Source of the DNA: the human T2T-CHM13v2.0 reference genome, Homo sapiens
Length of the DNA: 64,000 bases
Direction: 5' to 3' (one strand)
Assembly: GCF_009914755.1 (NCBI RefSeq)
Contig: NC_060939.1
Each line of letters begins with the position of its first letter. The first letter of the stretch is position 1. Both the position numbers and the translations under genes were made by a program. Positions 1 to 64,000 of the stretch are shown piece after piece. The notes under the pieces are model-generated. The model was given only the letters and a program-made list of their open reading frames with translations. It was not told the DNA's origin and did no database searches.

Positions 1-362
1 CAAGGGCAGAGCCGAGTCTTCAGTCCCTGTTGGTCTTTCCCCACCCCCACTTCCAGCCCAAGAGCCAGGAAAGGGCTGGTGCCACACTGTCTGCTGGGAT
101 CAGCGGTGGTTCTTTGAGCTGCTGATTTGGGTGTTAGGCTCTTGAGCTGGGATGCAGATGTAACAGTAGCTCCAGTGAGTCAGACACTCTGCCCAGCACA
201 TTAGACTGTGTTTGACCACTTCTTCCAGTTCATAGTATTGACTTCAGCCCAAACGGAGATAACTCCCTGTGTGTCCTTGAGGTATTGAGCTGGGCTGGAC
301 AGCTCCCCTTGAGCCAACTCTAGGAGTACAATGTCAGGGGAACCCCAGTTTGTGAAAAGGAC

Positions 363-5349
<4,987 letters not shown>

Positions 5350-5399
5350 CCTTGTCCCAGGGATTAGGCTTAGGTCCACCAGATGGAAGGCAGATGAGA

Positions 5400-6310
5400 G
5401 CAGCAGTTGCTTCTGTCCTCAGCCCATTGGACTGCCACTGTGTTGGGGCTGAGCACCCGGTCCCGGGCAGAATGGAGACGTCCGGAAGAGAACACTGACC
5501 TCCAGGTTGCGGTAAATGCAAATGCCCTGTGAAGGAGCTTTGTCCTTAGGGCCTCAACACTGCGGCCACTCAGGCTGTTCTCTCCAGATTAGGGGGCAGT
5601 TTGTCTATCTGGCCCCCTGTGGATTAGCATTCTTTATTGGTTTAGGATTAGACGTCATTCAGGTTGAACGGAGTTCCCTGAGGTGGGTGGGTGCGTGTTT
5701 ATGTGTTGAGGGGACTATTCCTAGTTTATGAGGTGGTTAAGGATATCGGTGGGGTGGGCTGGAGCGGTGTCGGGTTAGGTCTGAGAGAAGGCCTCGCACA
5801 AAACACTGTACAAACCCGAAAGGAAGTCTGAGAGACGAACCGCCTTCCTCCCTGAAGCTTCTAGAACTGGAGCAGAAAGAAGGTGTGGCCCAGGGCCAGC
5901 CCCGCCTCCTCCCCGGGCGGAAGCTGTGTCAGTTGCCGGAAGTCGGCGTGAGGTGGGGCTTATGCGGCGGCGTGGTGAAATAGATATGGCGACCGAGGGG
6001 GATGTGGAGCTGGAGTTGGAGACTGAGACCAGTGGACCAGAGCGGCCTCCGGAGAAGCCACGGAAACATGACAGCGGTGCGGCGGACTTGGAGCGGGTCA
6101 CCGACTATGCAGAGGAGAAGGAGATCCAGAGTTCCAATCTGGAGACGGTAAGGTTGGCCAAGAGCATGTCGGGGCGGGCTGAGAGCAGAGGGGGGCTCTG
6201 AGGCTGTAGCTGGAAGCCAGCGCTCCAAGACGGGGTTCTGATCCCGTTGGCAGGAGGAGGCAATAGGGTAGAGCCGAGGGAAACAGCGGTCACCGGAGCG
6301 CGCCGCTTGC
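5400..6310. promoter_or_regulatory. Head-to-head SERINC4/HYPK promoter; CpG-rich around HYPK exon 1
   Basis: Divergent ATGs about 610 bp apart; GC box ccccgcctcc ~5900; ETS-type gcggaag 5917 and gccggaagt 5935-5943. Confidence 0.75.
5962..6147 (+). CDS. HYPK: HYPK exon 1 coding part
   Basis: Donor ACG|gtaag. Confidence 0.93.
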
Positions 6311-7169
6311 CTAAAGGAGCTTGATAGTGGGCTTAAGGGGACCTCAGGTGCATAGAATGGAATTAAACATAGTCCTTGCTACCTGGTAACACTTGTCATC
6401 GTGAATCCATGCATGAACCGCTTGTTTTGTTGGCCTTTTAGATTATTGGGAATTGTGGGTAGCGGTGCAGTAACTAGACCTGCCTTTCCCATAGGCCATG
6501 TCTGTGATTGGAGACAGAAGGTCCCGGGAGCAGAAAGCCAAACAGGAGCGGTAAGTCTTCAGGGGCAGCCAACTTTAACAGTTCTTCCCTCCCCGGTCCC
6601 CAGACAAAAATAAAAACCATTATTAAGCCTTTATACCGTTCTTCAAATTTATCACCAATTCCTGCAGATCTAGGCGCCACAACTTTACTCTTGTTAGCAG
6701 AAGGCCTCCTGGCAACACCTGCTGCCAAGACTCCAGGGGAAAGGAGTATTAGTGGGAGTTTTTATTTTCAATCAAGGGTTTATCAAGATTTATTTACAGG
6801 GCACTTCTGGGAATGACCCTTCCTGGGAGTTTATGGTGTTGGTTGAGAATGAGGACTAATATATTTAAATATTTTTGCAGGGAGAAAGAACTGGCAAAAG
6901 TCACTATCAAGAAGGAAGATCTGGAGCTAATAGTGAGTGGTAGTGCCTAACTAGTGTATGCGGAGGGGAGGCTATTCTGCTTAATTTGGGTTGTTTCCTG
7001 AAACAAGCGGAGTCAGTATATTTGGTGGCACATTAATGCCTGGGAACCTATGTAACATGATTTTTTTCTGCAGATGACTGAGATGGAGATATCTCGAGCA
7101 GCAGCAGAACGCAGTTTGCGGGAACACATGGGCAACGTGGTAGAGGCGCTTATTGCCCTAACCAACTGA
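5962..7169 (+). CDS. HYPK: Huntingtin-interacting protein K (NatA-associated chaperone, C-terminal UBA-like domain), 4 exons, 129 aa (121 aa from ATG 5986)
   Basis: Exons 5962-6147, 6495-6550, 6881-6932, 7074-7169 (GT-AG). Protein MRRRGEIDMATEGDVELE...KHDSGAADLERVTDYAEEKE...SLREHMGNVVEALIALTN*. Confidence 0.96.
6495..6550 (+). CDS. HYPK: HYPK exon 2 (AMSVIGDRRSREQKAKQE)
   Basis: tag| and |gtaag, 56 nt. Confidence 0.94.
6881..6932 (+). CDS. HYPK: HYPK exon 3 (EKELAKVTIKKEDLELI)
   Basis: cag| and |gtgag, 52 nt. Confidence 0.94.
7074..7169 (+). CDS. HYPK: HYPK exon 4 coding part (MTEMEIS...ALTN*)
   Basis: cag| acceptor; TGA 7167-7169. Confidence 0.94.
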   Translation: MTEMEISRAAAERSLREHMGNVVEALIALTN

Positions 7170-7210
7170 TGCGTGCTTTCTCAAATATACCTACTGGATT
7201 AATTTATGGC

Positions 7211-7216
7211 AATAAA
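7211..7216 (+). terminator. HYPK polyadenylation signal
   Basis: AATAAA 41 nt after the stop, followed by a U/GU-rich tract; a second ATTAAA at 7327. Confidence 0.75.
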
Positions 7217-7647
7217 ATTTTTTTTTGTCTTTTTCAGTTTTATCATCTTGGGTCAAGTAGAGTGTATACTATATCCTATGTTGTGGAGAATTTATATGTT
7301 GGAGACTAACTGAATTTAAGTGACCCATTAAAATCTAGCACACCTGTATGAAAAATCAGTGTAGAAGAATACCTCATGTGCAGATGCTAGGTGGCAGGCC
7401 AGTCTCATTCATCTGACTAGCTCTCAACAGTATTCAAGGTACATCTGGAGTCTCAGCAGAGTTACTGTACTCAAATGGCATGTGTCTCCAAGACAGCTTA
7501 TGAATATCTAAAAGGCCAGCTACCTGCCTAGGAGCCACTATATATATAGATAGATGTAGGTTATGAACCCAGTTCATAGGCCACCTTGAGTTAGAATTTT
7601 GGTACCTACAACATGCTTGATTTTGAGTGATTAAAAAAAAATAATTT

Positions 7648-9478
<1,831 letters not shown>

Positions 9479-9912
9479 CTGCAACGGCCCCTGAGTCTGC
9501 TGTAAGGACACTCAAATGGCAATTACAGACATTTCTCCAAGAGTTTCAAGGCCTTACCCTCATTCTGACTCTAGGATAATTCTTAGATTGTATCCCACAC
9601 AACAGTGACTTGTACCTGTGTTCATCTTTATGTATTTACCACCTCATAGTAATTATTTGCATTCATTTTTATCGTACGACACTAAACTATTTGATTCTTC
9701 CAGTGGGACATTTAAAGGATGTGAGAAGACCTTGGTCTTCTCAAAAACATCTGTATTTGGTCATGGAATAAATCCAGATGCTACCTAAAGCCAAGCTAGT
9801 ACCTGAGCTTGTTTCTGAGATCAAAGGGAATTATCAAAATGTGAAACACCTTCTGCCTGACAATTGTTATCTTTTACTTTAATAGGCAATTAATACTTGT
9901 CAGCTTGGACAT

Positions 9913-9963
9913 TTTATTTCCAGTATCATGCTAAAAATCTCCTTGTTGTGTGATTCTTTTATT
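9913..9963 (-). terminator. MFAP1 polyadenylation signals
   Basis: Two minus-strand AATAAA (tttatt at 9913-9918 and 9958-9963), about 500 nt after the stop. Confidence 0.65.
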
Positions 9964-10455
9964 TCTTGACATGCACACATATATGGATCAAAAAGTATGT
10001 ACAACTAGAAAAACGGACTCCAAGCAAAAATGGAAAACATGTTTCCATGAGCTTAGATTTCCGGGTATATTACTCCTAAACCTAAGGTAGAAGTAATGCA
10101 TTGTTCACTTACATGTCCACTTTTCTAACCCAAGCTAAGGGCTGGAAAAAGAAAGTCAGAACAGTCCCAAGTAAATATGGGAAACCATAGCAGTGATAAA
10201 ACCTAAGATTTCTCAGAAATAGTTTTAAGTGGGAAGCCTCTAATCCTACCTGGACAGTGCTTTCCTGTGGGTTTCTCAGCATGAGTCCAAACCTCACAAA
10301 GCACCTTCAAAGTCTGGGCTACCCAGTATCACAAGTATAGCAGTAAGTCCAATATCTGGATACAGGGGCCAAGGAAACAATGAAAAAACCAAATCAAGGA
10401 CCAGATGCTGAGACTCCCCTTGTGTTCCACAGTTGGAAGAATAAGCAGTTGGACC

Positions 10456-29931
<19,476 letters not shown>

Positions 29932-29949
29932 GTTGATGGCAGCGACGGT

Positions 29950-30300
29950 GATTCCCGAAACTTGACTAATTCCAAACAGTGAACACCAGCAACGTCAACG
30001 AAGAGAAGAAATTCCTTCCACCTGAGTCCGCGAACACAGCTGCGCGACTGATAGAGAAACTACTTACGGCTGAGCTAGATAAACCGGAAATACGTGACGA
30101 GAGGATTGTGGGATGGTGGACGACGTTTGGGCGCCCACAGCTAGGAAGTCGAGTCGGTTTCTGCGCATGCTCATTGGCTGCCCGCATGTCCTCTACGTCG
30201 CAGAATTTGGAAGCAGCTTTTGGCGGGAAATTTTGCTTCCTTTGGGCTTTGCTGTTAGGACTCTGCGGTGAGGAAGGTTCGAATGAAAGATTTTACGTGT
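29950..30300 (-). promoter_or_regulatory. MFAP1 CpG-rich promoter and 5' UTR
   Basis: ETS accggaaat 30083, NRF1-like tgcgcatgc 30162, CCAAT (attgg 30173), E2F TTTTGGCGGGAAA 30218-30230. Confidence 0.75.
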
Positions 30301-30670
30301 TAGCTTGGTTTGAAGCCAAGAACGGTATAGTGAATAAGAAACTCAGGCGACAGTGAGTTACTGTTTGAATGGCTTGTTGAAAGCTCAGAAGAAGTAGAGT
30401 TTGATGGAATAAAAATCTTGCCAGTAGTATCCGATTAGCTTAGTTCATAAGGCCAGGGTGGGCTGTGGTGCGGTATTTGGTTTCACAGGGCAGGTGGTGC
30501 TGATTTAGGCCAGTGACCGAAAAAAAAAAAAAACTCCCGAGGTGCCTGGGACATTGCCCACCTGAAATCCCAAAACTCCACTTTTTTAGGCTTTCAGGTT
30601 TTTCCAGTTTCTGGAAACTACCTATTAAAATACATTCCTGGCTAGAAAATGTTTGTATTTAAATATCTAA

Positions 30671-32230
<1,560 letters not shown>

Positions 32231-32390
32231 AAGGCGGCCTTCTTAAGAAGCGCGCGTAAAACCCCAACTTCCTGCTCTGGCGCTGCGGCCGCTGGGGATC
32301 TGAGTGGGCTCCGCCCCGCCTCGGACCCGCCCCTCCCGGCCTCCCGCCGCAATCTTGGCGGGAAGGCGCCGGCCGCTAAGAAGCCGAAAG

Positions 32391-62525
<30,135 letters not shown>

Positions 62526-62889
62526 GTATGGTCTTTATAAGACTTTATGACTTAGACCTTTTAATGTCACAATTACATGGTTTAGTTTGGTTGTCAAAGA
62601 TATTGTAATACAATATTACAAAAGGTATTACTTTTGTAATACCCAAAGGCCAAGTAATTTTCCTTTCTATACTGATTGAGACTTGAGTGATTTTTTTTGA
62701 AAATGAAAAATTCTTTTAGATTTGATAAATAGTGAAAAAGCTGAAAGAAATTTTTGTTTTCCTTGGCATTATATGCATTCGCCTCTTATGAGAAGAAAAT
62801 TTAAATTTCACAGAAAAAAAAGTTACATGTGACCTATAACTTGTTGGCCTGTGTTAACTTTTTTCTAGGAAGGATTGAAAAACCAACTA

Positions 62890-63919
<1,030 letters not shown>

Positions 63920-64000
63920 TAAATGTTCTTCAGTATAGCAAGTATGTGAGTGTCTAACTTATGTTTAGCCCTGTTGTAGAGGTTCATTACATGTACTATG

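Noticed and set aside
1-362. SERF2 coding sequence, a microRNA hairpin or a SERINC4 polyA signal at the left edge
   Set aside because: No SERF2 codons, convincing hairpin or minus-strand AATAAA are visible. Any such features lie outside the window.
29979-30356. 125-aa + strand ORF over the MFAP1 promoter
   Set aside because: It has a GTG start, overlaps promoter motifs and the 5' UTR antisense, and has no coding signature. It is probably a chance ORF in GC-rich DNA.

Overview
Alu-dense primate genomic DNA, almost certainly human, recognisable from the encoded proteins as the SERINC4-HYPK-MFAP1-WDR76 cluster (human 15q15.3). I rebuilt the spliced CDSs by hand from GT-AG sites. SERINC4 (-) has 12 coding exons and 518 aa (363-5349). 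HYPK (+) has 4 exons and 129 or 121 aa (5962-7169). MFAP1 (-) has 9 exons and 439 aa (10456-29931). The first 10 coding exons of WDR76 (+, 32391-62525) are present and the gene continues past the right edge. There are two head-to-head promoter pairs: SERINC4/HYPK, and MFAP1/WDR76, where each promoter has an E2F site. Most of the rest is Alu, with old L1, L2, MIR, MaLR LTR and hAT relics, and nearly all short ORFs in the ORF track are Alu artefacts. I found no convincing new biological system. The best leads are a candidate poison exon in MFAP1 intron 7, a MIR-derived + strand polyA site inside SERINC4, an in-frame M-G-stop uORF before SERINC4, two almost abutting inverted Alu pairs and several rearrangement scars. 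Repeat boundaries and subfamily calls are by eye and approximate.
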